64,000 bases of DNA from Alphaproteobacteria bacterium (GTDB taxonomy: Bacteria; Pseudomonadota; Alphaproteobacteria; UBA9219). Both the position numbers and the translations under genes were made by a program. Of the stretch, positions 1 to 10,863 are shown one piece after another; within the stretch, counting starts at the first letter, position 1, and the number at the start of each line of letters is the position of its first letter. The notes below the pieces were generated by a model that worked only from the letters and a program-made list of their open reading frames with translations, made no database searches and was not told where the DNA came from. Location of the stretch: positions 5,860 through 69,859 of the forward strand of contig JABDFY010000001.1 in assembly GCA_013286365.1 (NCBI GenBank), in the 5' to 3' direction.

Positions 1-1898
1 TCAACATGTTTCATGAGTGGTTCGTCGCGTTTCGTGAGAGCCTCATCACGCAGTGAATAACGGGGCCACTCGCCATGCGCAAGCTGCGTGAGCCCTGTCT
101 GCGGTTCATCCAGTCGGGCCCGATAAATCCAATAATGCATCAGCACGCGTTCGACATAATCGCGCGTTTCATGGACGGGAAGACTTTCTACAAACAACAA
201 TGGATCTTTTTGATTTGCGTCGTCTATCCAGCGCGCAAGCTTGTTAGGTCCGCCGTTATAAGCTGCCAAAAGAAGCAACAGATTGTTGCCTATCATAGGC
301 TGACTTGCGAGCTGACGTACATATTTCTGACCCAACGCCATATTGTAGGCGGGATCAAGAACGCGATCGGAACACTCCTGTGTTGTCACGTGATGGCGGG
401 CAATGAGATTAGCTGTCGTGGGCATCAGCTGCATCAGGCCGCAGGCGCCTCGTTCACTTATAGCCATCGGATCGAACTGCGATTCATGACGCATCAGAGC
501 ATAGAGAAGGGCGCGGTCAATTTGAAAGCCGTGCTCGGGTTGCCAAGGGGGAAGGGGATAAAGAGCTGCAGCATAATGGTCTCCATTGGCTCTTGTAGCG
601 ATGCTACCGAGCTGCAGAGCAAGTGAGGGCATTTGGGCTTGCGCAGCCACAGCCACCATGGCTTCTTGCAATTCTCGCTGACCTTGCGGATTGATATTGC
701 GCATTTCACTTTCGGCTAGGCTTCGTTCGCCGATTTGCAAGAGCGCCATTGCGCGCCAACCAGATTCGAAACTTGTAAGAGTGGCAACATGCTGCTTTGT
801 CAAAATCGGCATTTGCCATGACCAAGCGGCGTCCCGTTTAACCAGATGAGCAGCTAGGAAGCCATAAAAACTGTGGGGATGATTGGCGGCATTTTCGAGC
901 CAGTATTGAGCCTGCTCATGATCGCCAAGACGCGTCAGGGCACGATAAGCCCAAAATGAAGCCGTCGCCTCATCCCAATCCGAAAGGCCGGACTGCGCGG
1001 CTAATTTTGAAAACGCGTCGCTGGCAACGGCCGTGTCGCCTTCTTGCCAGGCACAAAGGCCACTGATCCATAGGGCAAGTGGTGTTTGGGACTGAAGTGC
1101 AGCGCCACGAGCCAGCTTGTAGGCACGATCTTTTTGACCTTCATAGAAATAGCCCGCGGCAATGGTAGCCTCGAGACTGCTTAATTCATCAATAGGTAAG
1201 TCACGCCGTACTTGCTCGGCCTCGAGAAGGCTCTCGGCGGTGTAGGGGTCCCCCTGGCGTAGTATATGACTGATCTTAGAGGCGAGCTCGTGTGAAGAAG
1301 TTGTTGCAGCGCGGGGCTCATCAGATGTCTCTGTCTTGAAACCGAAAGACCCACCATAGCCATCGTCACCTGCCCATGATGCCATTACAGCCGGTTTTAA
1401 CAACTTAGTTACCTGTTGTGGATATGTCGAAGAAATTTCGTCATATATTTCCGCTGCCTCAGGAAGATCTGAATATTGCCCAAGCCACGCTTGCATGTCT
1501 TTAGCTGAACCCGTTTGGCGTAAATAACGATCAGCCAAGACATGGCCAACTAAGCGGCGGTTATTGATTTTTGCTAAGGCGGCATCGGCCCCAACCCAAT
1601 CTGATTTTTCCTGCGCTGCAAAAACTATACGGTAAAGATCTGCATCACCTGGTGAAAGTAGTTGCAGATTTTGTGTCAGCACGTCCTCTGTCGTCGTAAC
1701 CGGGCCGGGGACTGGAAGTGCAGGCGTCGGAAGCTCAGGCAAAGATGTTTTAGCTACCGCCAAAGTATTCGCGGTGATCACATGAGTATTTGTTCCAAGG
1801 CTCCAACAAATAACGAAGACTGCCGTCAATCTTGACGACATCAGAGGCCGTTGATTCGTAGTGATACGTTTTTGCATACAGTCGCGTACTAGTCGCAT
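1..1898 (-). CDS. Soluble lytic murein transglycosylase (SLT domain), 3' end runs off the window; not in the supplied ORF track
   Basis: Manual translation of both ends and the catalytic region, from ATG at 1898 (alternatives 1877, 1841): MRLVRDCMQK...DADLYRIVFAAQEKSDW...LVGHVLADRYL; SLT motif ISERGACGLMQLMP near 420-460; C-terminal LAHGEWPRY; no stop seen before position 1. Confidence 0.85.
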   Translation of the reverse strand, partial: MRLVRDCMQKRITTNQRPLMSSRLTAVFVICWSLGTNTHVITANTLAVAKTSLPELPTPALPVPGPVTTTEDVLTQNLQLLSPGDADLYRIVFAAQEKSDWVGADAALAKINNRRLVGHVLADRYLRQTGSAKDMQAWLGQYSDLPEAAEIYDEISSTYPQQVTKLLKPAVMASWAGDDGYGGSFGFKTETSDEPRAATTSSHELASKISHILRQGDPYTAESLLEAEQVRRDLPIDELSSLEATIAAGYFYEGQKDRAYKLARGAALQSQTPLALWISGLCAWQEGDTAVASDAFSKLAAQSGLSDWDEATASFWAYRALTRLGDHEQAQYWLENAANHPHSFYGFLAAHLVKRDAAWSWQMPILTKQHVATLTSFESGWRAMALLQIGERSLAESEMRNINPQGQRELQEAMVAVAAQAQMPSLALQLGSIATRANGDHYAAALYPLPPWQPEHGFQIDRALLYALMRHESQFDPMAISERGACGLMQLMPTTANLIARHHVTTQECSDRVLDPAYNMALGQKYVRQLASQPMIGNNLLLLLAAYNGGPNKLARWIDDANQKDPLLFVESLPVHETRDYVERVLMHYWIYRARLDEPQTGLTQLAHGEWPRYSLRDEALTKRDEPLMKHV

Positions 1899-1948
1899 GA
1901 CTTGGTATAGGCAAGCGAAAACGCCATAAATGAGTAGTCAATTCTATA

Positions 1949-2764
1949 TTATTCTTTGTTTTTCATGGTGTTAGTCATATTTATTCTCTTTTTCAGCAAC
2001 AATATGTCACTCCAGGCTTGACGTTTAGCGCTTGGCTGACGCAGGAGATAAGCCGGGTGGTATATCGGTAGACATGGGATGGGCTCACCATTGGGAGGGG
2101 TGTATTCCATCCATCGACCCCGGATGCGCGTAATTCCTTCCTTGGTTCTAAGCAGACTTTTGGCGGCAACCCCACCCAAAAGCACCAGTATTTGAGGTTT
2201 AACAAGTGCGATGTGCTTCTCGGCAAATGGTAGGCAGGCCGCAATCTCGCTATCTGTTGGCGAGCGATTGCCGGGCGGCCGCCAGAATAGAATATTGCTA
2301 ATATAAAAACTAGATCGATCTAGTCCAATGGTTGCCATCATGCGATCGAGGAGTTTGCCGCTAACACCAACAAAAGGCTTGCCTTGACGATCTTCATCCT
2401 CACCCGGGGCCTCCCCTATGAGCATGACCGATGCCTCGGGATTGCCATCAGAAAAGACTAGATTGATCGCCGTATGCTTGAGGGCACAGCCGTCAAAATG
2501 AAGTAATTCTTCACGTAATGTCGAAAGAGATTGAGCCACAATAGTGGGTGGCTTGGACTCAACCGCAAGCCTAGGAGGCTTCGTGAGCACTGTCCCTAGA
2601 TGGTTGATGGACAGATCTTTATTGAAATCATGGCTGGGTTGGACCTTGGGGCTCCTAGGGATTGTACCCCATTTTGACAGCCCAGCAGCTTCTGCGATCG
2701 CCTCATCGGCGCCAGCAGCCAGTTGCCATTCAAGGGCAGAAAGCAGTTGCTCAGGGGTCGGCAT
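1949..2764 (-). CDS. Uracil-DNA glycosylase, family 4
   Basis: [19 protein letters not shown] and HPAYLLR motifs. Confidence 0.92.
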   Translation of the reverse strand: MPTPEQLLSALEWQLAAGADEAIAEAAGLSKWGTIPRSPKVQPSHDFNKDLSINHLGTVLTKPPRLAVESKPPTIVAQSLSTLREELLHFDGCALKHTAINLVFSDGNPEASVMLIGEAPGEDEDRQGKPFVGVSGKLLDRMMATIGLDRSSFYISNILFWRPPGNRSPTDSEIAACLPFAEKHIALVKPQILVLLGGVAAKSLLRTKEGITRIRGRWMEYTPPNGEPIPCLPIYHPAYLLRQPSAKRQAWSDILLLKKRINMTNTMKNKE

Positions 2765-2839
2765 AGGGTCTCTTTAGCAGGCTTTGCGAAAGTCGTCTCT
2801 AGAGATAGGTTCGAGGTGGCGAGATATAAGTTAATAAGG

Positions 2840-4501
2840 ATGCCTTCCATGCCTGACCCCCGCTTAATGCCACGCGATGTAATGGAATACGATGTACTGA
2901 TCGTGGGGGCTGGCCCTGCTGGCCTGAGCTGCGCTATTCGGCTTAAGCAGTTGGCAAAAGAAAAAAACCGTGAACTATCTGTTTGCGTCATTGAGAAGGG
3001 ATCCGAGGTAGGCGCCCATCTTATGTCGGGGGCGGTGTTTGAGCCAAGGGCGCTCAACGAGCTCTTTCCCGATTGGCGTGAACGCGGGTGCCCGCTGACG
3101 GTACCCGTGACCGAAGACCGATTTATGTTTTTAACCAAAACACGTGCCTGGAGGTTGCCGACACCACCGCCGATGCATAACAAAGGCAATTACATTATTA
3201 GTTTGGGCTATTTTGCGAAATGGTTGGCAACGCAGGCCGAGACTTTGGGTGTTGAGATTTATCCAGGTTTTGCCGCGGCTGAGATTCTTTATAACGAAAA
3301 AGGCAGCGTGAGGGGCGTGGCTACCAGTGATGTCGGTATTGCTAAGAACGGAGAACCGACGGCACGATTTACGCGCGGCGTTGAGCTGGAGGCCAAGCAA
3401 ACCGTATTTGCCGAGGGTTGTCGCGGCTCACTCACAAAGGTTTTGTTCGAACGTTATAAGTTGCGCGACGGTGTTGATCCACAGACCTATGGTATCGGCA
3501 TCAAGGAAATTTGGGAAGTCGATCCTGCAAAGCATCAAGCTGGACATGTGGTTCACAGCATTGGTTGGCCGATGGATAGCCGTACGTATGGTGGCTCTTG
3601 GCTCTATCACTGGGAGAACAACTTAGTTTCGATCGGTTTTGTGGTTGGGCTTGATTATGAAAATCCTTATCTATCTCCGTTTGAAGAATTTCAGCGTTTT
3701 AAGCATCACCCCATGATTTCTTCGCTACTTAGGGGCGGCAAAAGGATTAGTTATGGTGCGCGGGCGCTCAGCGAAGGCGGTTTCCAGTCAATACCAAAAC
3801 TCCTATTTCCTGGTGGCTTGCTGATTGGCGATACGGCGGGGTTTCTTAATGTACCCAAAATTAAAGGTAATCACCTGGCCATGAAGTCCGGCATGATCGC
3901 AGCTGAAAGTCTATTCGATTACTTTTCACAAAACTCCACGGCCCCCGAAGTCATCGACTATCCGGAACGGTTACAAAAGTCTTGGCTGTGGAAAGAGCTG
4001 AGGGCTGTTCGGAACATCCGTCCGTCATTTCATGGCGGCTTGCTCATGGGGTTGATTTACAGCGCCATCGACAATGTTCTCTTGCGCGGCAACGCACCCT
4101 GGACTTTTCGCAATCATGCTGATTACAAACAACTGAAGTCGGCAGCATCCAGCCGAAAAATCGACTACCCCAAACCAGACGGTGTGTTTAGTTTTGATCG
4201 TCTATCCTCGGTATTTTTGTCCAATACCAACCACGACGAGGACCAACCACCGCATCTAAAGCTTCGCAATCCTTCAGTAGCGATTGATACCAACCTTGCT
4301 ATCTACGATGCTCCTGAGACGAGGTATTGTCCGGCAGCGGTATATGAGATTGTACGAGCTGCTGATGGCAGCAATCCACGTCTTGTCATCAATGCTCAAA
4401 ACTGCGTGCATTGCAAAACGTGCGATATCAAGGACCCAACGCAAAATATCGATTGGGTTGTGCCTGAAGGTGGCGGCGGCCCCAATTATCAGGGCATGTG
4501 A
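2840..4501 (+). CDS. Electron transfer flavoprotein-ubiquinone oxidoreductase
   Basis: GAGPAGL FAD motif, C-terminal 4Fe-4S CPAAVY...[22 protein letters not shown] end; start moved from 2723 to ATG 2840 to avoid overlap with UDG. Confidence 0.95.
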   Translation: MPSMPDPRLMPRDVMEYDVLIVGAGPAGLSCAIRLKQLAKEKNRELSVCVIEKGSEVGAHLMSGAVFEPRALNELFPDWRERGCPLTVPVTEDRFMFLTKTRAWRLPTPPPMHNKGNYIISLGYFAKWLATQAETLGVEIYPGFAAAEILYNEKGSVRGVATSDVGIAKNGEPTARFTRGVELEAKQTVFAEGCRGSLTKVLFERYKLRDGVDPQTYGIGIKEIWEVDPAKHQAGHVVHSIGWPMDSRTYGGSWLYHWENNLVSIGFVVGLDYENPYLSPFEEFQRFKHHPMISSLLRGGKRISYGARALSEGGFQSIPKLLFPGGLLIGDTAGFLNVPKIKGNHLAMKSGMIAAESLFDYFSQNSTAPEVIDYPERLQKSWLWKELRAVRNIRPSFHGGLLMGLIYSAIDNVLLRGNAPWTFRNHADYKQLKSAASSRKIDYPKPDGVFSFDRLSSVFLSNTNHDEDQPPHLKLRNPSVAIDTNLAIYDAPETRYCPAAVYEIVRAADGSNPRLVINAQNCVHCKTCDIKDPTQNIDWVVPEGGGGPNYQGM

Positions 4502-5358
4502 TGCGCGATTAGGCAGCGCGCTGTACCACTAAGGTCATTATGGCTTGTAATGTTGAGAAAACCGGCTTGTTTGAAAAGTTCGGTTACAACCATTGCTTGG
4601 CCTTGACCGATTTCAAGGACTGCCAAACCTGATGGTTTAAGGCGCTCCGGTAATTGCGGTACGAGAAGCCGATAAATTTCTAAACCGTCTTCACCCCCAT
4701 CGAGAGCCAGAAAGGGATCATGAAAGCGAACTTCGGGCATTAAGTTTTGTATGTCCCCGCGCTTTACATAGGGCGGATTACTAATAATAACGTCAAAATT
4801 CTCTTCAACATTATCCAGCCAATTGCCATCACGAAAAAACGCACGTTCTGCTAAACCTAGATGTTGAGCATTGGTTTCAGCCTGTTGAATTGCACGAAGC
4901 GCACAATCAATGCCAAGACCGGTTGAGTTGGGAAACTCTTTCAAAAGAGATAACAGTAAACAGCCCGTGCCGCTGCCAAGATCAAGAAAGCGCAGAAAAT
5001 CATTTTGTCGATCCTTCAATAGGCTTACGGTTTCTTCAATAAGTGTTTCGCTGTCGGGTCTAGGCTCAAGCGTCGCTTCATTGAGTCCAAACGAAAGGCT
5101 CCAGAATTCGCGCCTGCCCAAAATACGCCCCACCGGCTCGCGCGTGGAACGGCGGTCGACAAGTGTTTGAAGTTGACTAACTTCGTTGGCAGATAAAAGG
5201 CGATCCATTTCGCTTAAGAGCTGCGCGCGATCAAGATCGAGCGCCTTGGCTGCCAAAATCCGGACATCAAGAAATGGATTCTCAACATTGGCTTCCGCCA
5301 ACTGTGACTGTGCCTGGCGTAGATAATCAGCTAATTTCAGCAAGGCGTTCGGCTTCAT
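4489..5358 (-). CDS. prmC: Release factor glutamine methyltransferase
   Basis: [21 protein letters not shown] motifs; directly downstream of prfA; start uncertain (5343-5403). Confidence 0.93.
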   Translation of the reverse strand: MKPNALLKLADYLRQAQSQLAEANVENPFLDVRILAAKALDLDRAQLLSEMDRLLSANEVSQLQTLVDRRSTREPVGRILGRREFWSLSFGLNEATLEPRPDSETLIEETVSLLKDRQNDFLRFLDLGSGTGCLLLSLLKEFPNSTGLGIDCALRAIQQAETNAQHLGLAERAFFRDGNWLDNVEENFDVIISNPPYVKRGDIQNLMPEVRFHDPFLALDGGEDGLEIYRLLVPQLPERLKPSGLAVLEIGQGQAMVVTELFKQAGFLNITSHNDLSGTARCLIAHHMP

Positions 5359-6388
5359 CTTTGGTAATAAGGGCGTCGATAAATTCATCGAGAGCGGTGC
5401 CATTAATTACATCGTCAATTTTATAAAGAGTTTTTTCGATGCGGTGATCGCTAACGCGGCCTTGGGGAAAATTATAAGTACGAATACGTTCGGATCGATC
5501 CCCGGTGCCGACCTGGCTCTTTCGTTCGGCCGCATGCGCAGCATCGCGGGCGCTACGCTGTTGATCATACATTTTCGCACGAAGAATTTTCATCGCCTTA
5601 GCACGGTTCTTATGCTGAGAACGTTCTTCCTGCATCGCAACGACAATGCCGGTTGGCAAATGTGTAATGCGCACGGCGCTTTCAGTTTTATTGACGTGTT
5701 GCCCGCCGGCGCCTGAGGCACGATAAACGTCGATTTTCAGGTCTTTTTCATCGACTTGAATGTCAACATCTTCAACTTCAGGCAATACAGCAACGGTCGC
5801 TGTCGATGTATGGACGCGTCCCGAAGCTTCGGTTTGCGGTACACGCTGGACGCGATGTACGCCGGACTCAAATTTAAGACGAGCAAAAACACCTTTACCA
5901 CTGATCATAGCCGTGCCTTCACGTAGTCCGCCAAGATCGTTTTCAGATAACTCCAAGACCTCGAACCGCCAACCCTTTATGATCGCATATTTGCGATACA
6001 TCTCGAATAACAATGTGCCAAACAAAGCCGCCTCATCGCCGCCGGTACCTGCGCGTACCTCAAGGATGGCATTGCGTTCGTCGGCGGCATCTTTCGGCAG
6101 CAATAAGCGTTGAATTTGTTTTTCCATCGCCGGTATTTTGGGTCGTAGCTCTTCCAGTTCACGCTTGGCCTCAACTTGCATTTCAGGGTCGGCAAGCATG
6201 GCCTCGGCCTCGCTTTGCTCTTTCTGCATACGGCGCAGGTCGGTGATGGCCTCAGCAATCGAGGTAAGGTCGGCATATTCTTTGGATAGTTTGGCAAATT
6301 GATCATTGGGAATGCCCGGTTTTGCCAAAGCATCCCGCAATTCATCATGCCGTGCGAGAACGCGTGCAAGAGTTTCAGTTATGGCCAT
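5327..6388 (-). CDS. prfA: Peptide chain release factor 1
   Basis: GAGGQHVN (GGQ), PQT anticodon-mimic tripeptide, [11 protein letters not shown]. Confidence 0.97.
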   Translation of the reverse strand: MAITETLARVLARHDELRDALAKPGIPNDQFAKLSKEYADLTSIAEAITDLRRMQKEQSEAEAMLADPEMQVEAKRELEELRPKIPAMEKQIQRLLLPKDAADERNAILEVRAGTGGDEAALFGTLLFEMYRKYAIIKGWRFEVLELSENDLGGLREGTAMISGKGVFARLKFESGVHRVQRVPQTEASGRVHTSTATVAVLPEVEDVDIQVDEKDLKIDVYRASGAGGQHVNKTESAVRITHLPTGIVVAMQEERSQHKNRAKAMKILRAKMYDQQRSARDAAHAAERKSQVGTGDRSERIRTYNFPQGRVSDHRIEKTLYKIDDVINGTALDEFIDALITKDEAERLAEIS

Positions 6389-6539
6389 GGGTATGAATTA
6401 TGCTTTATCTCGGGATCTGTATACATTTCAGGGAGAGTAGCATTCACAATTATCGAACGATTGCAATAGTAAGTAACCGCAAAGATAATAGTCAGCGCCT
6501 AATCTAGTTATTTCGATGGCTATACCCGATAGTCAAATA

Positions 6540-7694
6540 TTATTCGGCAGCCTGTTCTACCTGATTAGATTTTTCTGCTTCAATTTCGGCAGCTTTCTTT
6601 TCAACAAGACTGACTAAGTGAGAAACAATATCCTCATTCTGTAAGCGATGGGCGGGCTGGCCGGCGAGATAAACTTGATGTGTGCCTTTACCGCCGCCTG
6701 TAAAGCCAATATCGGTCATCATGGCTTCGCCCGGGCCGTTCACGACACAGCCGATAACCGAGACCGACATAGCTGTCGTAATGTGGGCCAAACGTTCTTC
6801 AAGAACCTCAACCGTTTTAATGACATTGAAATTCTGTCGTGCACAAGAGGGACATGAGATGACGGTGACACCACGACGCCGTAATCCAAGCGATTTAAGC
6901 ATTTCATAGCCAACGCGTATTTCTTCAACGGGCTCGGCGGACAAAGAAACACGGATCGTATCGCCGATGCCTGACCATAAAAGCATGCCAAGGCCGATTG
7001 AACTTTTGACTGTGCCAGAACGTAAGCCACCAGCCTCGGTGATGCCGATATGCAAAGGATAATCGCAGGCGTCTGCCAGGGCTTGGTAGGCGGCGACAGC
7101 TAGAAATACATCCGATGCTTTAACGCTGATCTTAAAATTGAAAAAATCGTGATCTTCAAGGATCTTGGCATGGTTGAGAGCGCTCTCGACCATAGCATCC
7201 GGGCAGGGCTCGGCATATTTCTCAAGTAAATCTTGCTCCAACGAACCGGCATTAACGCCAATGCGCATAGCGCAACCATGATCTTTGGCAGCCTGCACAA
7301 CCTCGCGTACGCGCTCGGATGAGCCAATATTGCCGGGGTTGATACGCAAACAAGCAGCGCCTGCTTTGGCGGCTTCGATACCGCGCTTATAATGAAAATG
7401 AATGTCGGCGACGATGGGGATCTTACAGCCCTTGACGATTTCTTTTAATGCCGCTGTCGACGCTTCATCAGGGCAAGAGACGCGAGCAATGTCAGCTCCG
7501 GCTTCTTCAAGTTGGCGAATTTGCTCGATCGTTGCCTTCGCATCCGAAGTTAACGTGTTAGTCATGGACTGTACGGCTATCGGGGCATCCCCGCCGATCA
7601 ATACATTGCCGACCTGGATCTGGCGGCATTTGCGTCGCCGGATTTCACGCCACGGACGATAGGCCTGGGCCTCGGAATGATGGTCTGCACTCAT
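6540..7694 (-). CDS. ispG: 4-hydroxy-3-methylbut-2-en-1-yl diphosphate synthase
   Basis: [36 protein letters not shown]. Confidence 0.96.
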   Translation of the reverse strand: MSADHHSEAQAYRPWREIRRRKCRQIQVGNVLIGGDAPIAVQSMTNTLTSDAKATIEQIRQLEEAGADIARVSCPDEASTAALKEIVKGCKIPIVADIHFHYKRGIEAAKAGAACLRINPGNIGSSERVREVVQAAKDHGCAMRIGVNAGSLEQDLLEKYAEPCPDAMVESALNHAKILEDHDFFNFKISVKASDVFLAVAAYQALADACDYPLHIGITEAGGLRSGTVKSSIGLGMLLWSGIGDTIRVSLSAEPVEEIRVGYEMLKSLGLRRRGVTVISCPSCARQNFNVIKTVEVLEERLAHITTAMSVSVIGCVVNGPGEAMMTDIGFTGGGKGTHQVYLAGQPAHRLQNEDIVSHLVSLVEKKAAEIEAEKSNQVEQAAE

Positions 7695-7910
7695 GTAATT
7701 TAACTCTCACTTGGGAATTAGAAGTAGTTACCAGAGCGATAATAGCTCCGAATTAATAGTTGCGCCAAGCCAAATGCGCAATTTTAGTTAACTTACGGCA
7801 ATTTCAACTGAAAAGCCTATTGTAAGGGGGCATGAGAAATCTACAAAAAACCGGATTTGAATAGATTAATATTACCGAGCGCGTCGTCGTTTTGAGGATG
7901 ATTTTCGAAA

Positions 7911-9023
7911 TTATTCTGCCGGTGTTTGTGGCAGCGATTTTAGCTTGCTTGGATCGAGTGAGACGCCACGTACGACGCGCGATGAGTCTGCTAGGCGGGG
8001 TAATTCTGCCCCATCCAATGTTAGGATAAGTCCACTGCCGTTGCCGGTTGTTAGCGTTAAACCCTTTAAGTCAGGCACGTTGTAAACATCGCCTGGCTTG
8101 AGGATGTGGTCGAATATTGTTTTGCCGTTGCTATCTGCGATCAACACCCAACATTCTTTCTCGACATGGATGGCAACATGCGCAGCCTGATGGAGATCAC
8201 CATAGGCTTGGCCCGCAGGCATGTTTGTCGGCGTATGGAGATCAGACGATGTTGGACCACTGATGGGGGATGTCGCCGCCAATGATAGTGGGCTATGAGG
8301 CTGAGACGCCTCGGTTGGTACAGGTGCAGCAGTTATTGGCGACATTCCAGTAGTTTGTACGGCTGTGATTGATGAAGTCTGGGGGGGTAATATAGGAGCT
8401 TGCGTCACCGACAAAGCGGGCGGGGGCACAAGAGGTTGGTTGTTGGTAGCAGAGTTATTGGAACTGGCTTCGGATATCTCGCTCGACGTAGGCAGCGTAG
8501 GCGGTACACTAACGACGGCACGATCGGATGACGAAAGTCCGTACCACAGAGCATAAACAAGAATCGCAGCTATCCCAGCGCCGATCATAATAGCAGCCGA
8601 CGGCGTGCGACCCTCGGTAATCGGCGTCGGCATGGTCAACACCGGTTTCTTGCGCCGTCCCGCCATTTCGCGACGATAACGATCAATGGCATCCTTGCCG
8701 TCTAATTCGAGATAATTAGCATAGGTACGAAGAAATCCGATGACGTAAGCATCGGCCGGGAGCTCATCATAGCGGCTATTTTCCAGGGCAACCAAAAAAT
8801 TGTGGCGGATGCGTAGATACTCAGCGATCTGTCTCAAATTTTCGCCACGCTTTTCACGTGCGTGTTTCAACGTGTCGCCAATGCGTTCTAAGTCGAGAGC
8901 CGCCTGACGTTCGTTCCGTGTTTCGGTCATCAACTTTACGATACTTGCCGGCGTTGCGTTGTCGCCGTTATTACGCACGGGCGGATTTTCCGTGCTCACG
9001 GGGCGGCGTTTGGATGAAGTCAT
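7911..9023 (-). CDS. rodZ: RodZ-like cytoskeletal protein (HTH + TM + Pro/Ser/Thr linker + DUF4115)
   Basis: IGDTLKHAREKRG...GFLRTYANYLELD HTH, one TM helix, C-terminal WV...LKPGDVY...TTGNGSGL; upstream of ispG. Confidence 0.85.
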   Translation of the reverse strand: MTSSKRRPVSTENPPVRNNGDNATPASIVKLMTETRNERQAALDLERIGDTLKHAREKRGENLRQIAEYLRIRHNFLVALENSRYDELPADAYVIGFLRTYANYLELDGKDAIDRYRREMAGRRKKPVLTMPTPITEGRTPSAAIMIGAGIAAILVYALWYGLSSSDRAVVSVPPTLPTSSEISEASSNNSATNNQPLVPPPALSVTQAPILPPQTSSITAVQTTGMSPITAAPVPTEASQPHSPLSLAATSPISGPTSSDLHTPTNMPAGQAYGDLHQAAHVAIHVEKECWVLIADSNGKTIFDHILKPGDVYNVPDLKGLTLTTGNGSGLILTLDGAELPRLADSSRVVRGVSLDPSKLKSLPQTPAE

Positions 9024-9127
9024 AATATTTTGGTCCTAACTGCGCTTACCGGCTATATGTTGTCGTAGACAATTGTCACTGGAGGCTATTAAATCTTGGG
9101 CAAAAAGTCTATGAAAACTTGGTTAAA

Positions 9128-10147
9128 CTATGCTTGCTTGCGTTGTTGCAAGGCCTGTTGTGCTTGCCACATTAACTCATCGAGTATGTCAGCGGTAGCT
9201 TGTTCTTTTGTTACCATCCCCACGCTCTGTCCAGCCATAACCGAGCCAAACTCCACATCGCCTTCAATGACGGCACGCCGCAAGGCGCCAGCCCAAAAGT
9301 GCTCGATCTCAAGCTGAGCCTGTTCCTTGGTTAGCCCGCCCTTATCAAACTGTGCGATTATTTCACGCTGTTTCTCAAGAAATTTTTTACTGCCTTCGTT
9401 AGCAATGCCGCGCACAGGGATAATGGGAAACCGTGGATCAAGTTGCACAGAAGGTACGGCATCACGTGCCGCTGCGCGCAAAAAAGTTTGCTTAAATTTA
9501 GGGTGCGCGATGGATTCTTTGGCACAAACGAACCGCGTACCGAGTTGTACTCCCGATGCACCCATTTCTAGATAGGATACAATCGCTTCGCCACGTCCGA
9601 TGCCACCGGCTACAAAAACAGGAACGTCGCGAATTTCAGGTAACACTTCCTGCGCCAATACGGAGGTGCTGACCGGGCCGATATGACCGCCGGCTTCCAT
9701 GCCCTCAATCACAAGAGCATCAACACCCATGCGCACTAATCTTTTGCCAAGCGCTGCCGTCGGGGTAAAGCACATGAGCTTGGCTCGGCCATCTTTGACT
9801 TTCTTGATGGCTGTCGCCTGAGGTACGCCACCGGCAAGCACGATATGTCCAACTTTTTCTTCGAGGCAAACATCAATTAATTCGTCCAGCGCCGGATGCA
9901 TGGTGATAAGATTGACGCCAAAGGGTTTTTTGGTCAGAGATTGGGTGCCTTGAATTTCTTTTCGCAAAATATCTGGCGTCATGGCGCCGCAGGCTATAAT
10001 GCCGAAGCCACCGCCATTAGAAATTGCAGCGACGAGATGACGCTCGGACACCCAGGTCATGGCACCGCCCATGATCGCAAGCGGCGTACCTAGAAAATCA
10101 CAGCCGCGCTGCCAAAGGCGTTGCAGGGTCGGATCTATGCTCACCAT
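9128..10147 (-). CDS. Nitronate monooxygenase / FabK-like flavin oxidoreductase
   Basis: GGAMTWVS, EGMEAGGHIG, AGGIG, GVQLGTRF, MAGQSVG. Confidence 0.85.
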   Translation of the reverse strand: MVSIDPTLQRLWQRGCDFLGTPLAIMGGAMTWVSERHLVAAISNGGGFGIIACGAMTPDILRKEIQGTQSLTKKPFGVNLITMHPALDELIDVCLEEKVGHIVLAGGVPQATAIKKVKDGRAKLMCFTPTAALGKRLVRMGVDALVIEGMEAGGHIGPVSTSVLAQEVLPEIRDVPVFVAGGIGRGEAIVSYLEMGASGVQLGTRFVCAKESIAHPKFKQTFLRAAARDAVPSVQLDPRFPIIPVRGIANEGSKKFLEKQREIIAQFDKGGLTKEQAQLEIEHFWAGALRRAVIEGDVEFGSVMAGQSVGMVTKEQATADILDELMWQAQQALQQRKQA

Positions 10148-10863
10148 GGCAAAACTTTTCCACGATAGTCGAGAAATAAACTGGACTGCTTAATTGATAG
10201 TTGGGCGATGACTTCGCGCATGCCTTTAACACTCACGTCCGGCTCCAATTGAGCGCCTTTGCCGCCCATATCGGTTTTTACCCAACCGGGGTGAAAACTT
10301 ACGACGATAATTTTTTGTTCTTCGAGGGCGTTGGCAATATTGCGCATTCCGGCATTTAAGGCAGCCTTACTTGTACGGTAGGCAATAGCACCAGCTCCTA
10401 TTGCTTCAATCGAGCCCATACCACTTGAGATCATGATCACTTTGCGATCTTTGCCGCGCAGGATATGCGGCATAAAAGCCTCTGTCACCATGATGGGGGC
10501 TATACTGTTGATACGCAGAACCTTATTCCAGGCGTTGCTATCGATTGCGCCAAACTTCTGGTACTGGTCGTCATTGCCCGGTGGAACCGGTGTCGCTCGA
10601 CCTGAAAAAATGCCGGCGTTATTGATAAGTATATCGATCGCTGTATCTTCGAGTTTTTTGGCCAGCGCACTAATTGCTTGATCATCGCCAACATCAAGAG
10701 CTTCGATACGAATTGATCTGTATTTTTCAGCTAAGGCTTGTAAGGCTGTTGACTGGCTTGGTTGACGGCAGCAAGCGATGACCTGTCCTCCATCGAGGGC
10801 GTACTGACGCGTAAATTCGAGACCGATACCCCGATTGGCTCCCGTGATGAAGATAGTTGTCAT
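10141..10863 (-). CDS. Short-chain dehydrogenase/reductase (CsgA/C-factor-like)
   Basis: TGANRGIG, NNAG, YRTSK, HPGWVKTDMGG. Confidence 0.9.
   Translation of the reverse strand: MTTIFITGANRGIGLEFTRQYALDGGQVIACCRQPSQSTALQALAEKYRSIRIEALDVGDDQAISALAKKLEDTAIDILINNAGIFSGRATPVPPGNDDQYQKFGAIDSNAWNKVLRINSIAPIMVTEAFMPHILRGKDRKVIMISSGMGSIEAIGAGAIAYRTSKAALNAGMRNIANALEEQKIIVVSFHPGWVKTDMGGKGAQLEPDVSVKGMREVIAQLSIKQSSLFLDYRGKVLPW

Noticed and set aside
75-626. 183-aa plus-strand ORF (and small ORFs 494-709, 1181-1369, 1750-1941)
   Set aside because: Shadows of the minus-strand lytic transglycosylase that the track missed because it runs off the window.
1949-2764. Family 4 UDG with incomplete 4Fe-4S cysteine set (WRPPGNR)
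   Set aside because: As I recall this variant is usual in alphaproteobacteria; not novel.
2723-2839. N-terminal extension of ETF-QO overlapping UDG
   Set aside because: TTG-started extension without homology; conserved sequence starts after ATG 2840.
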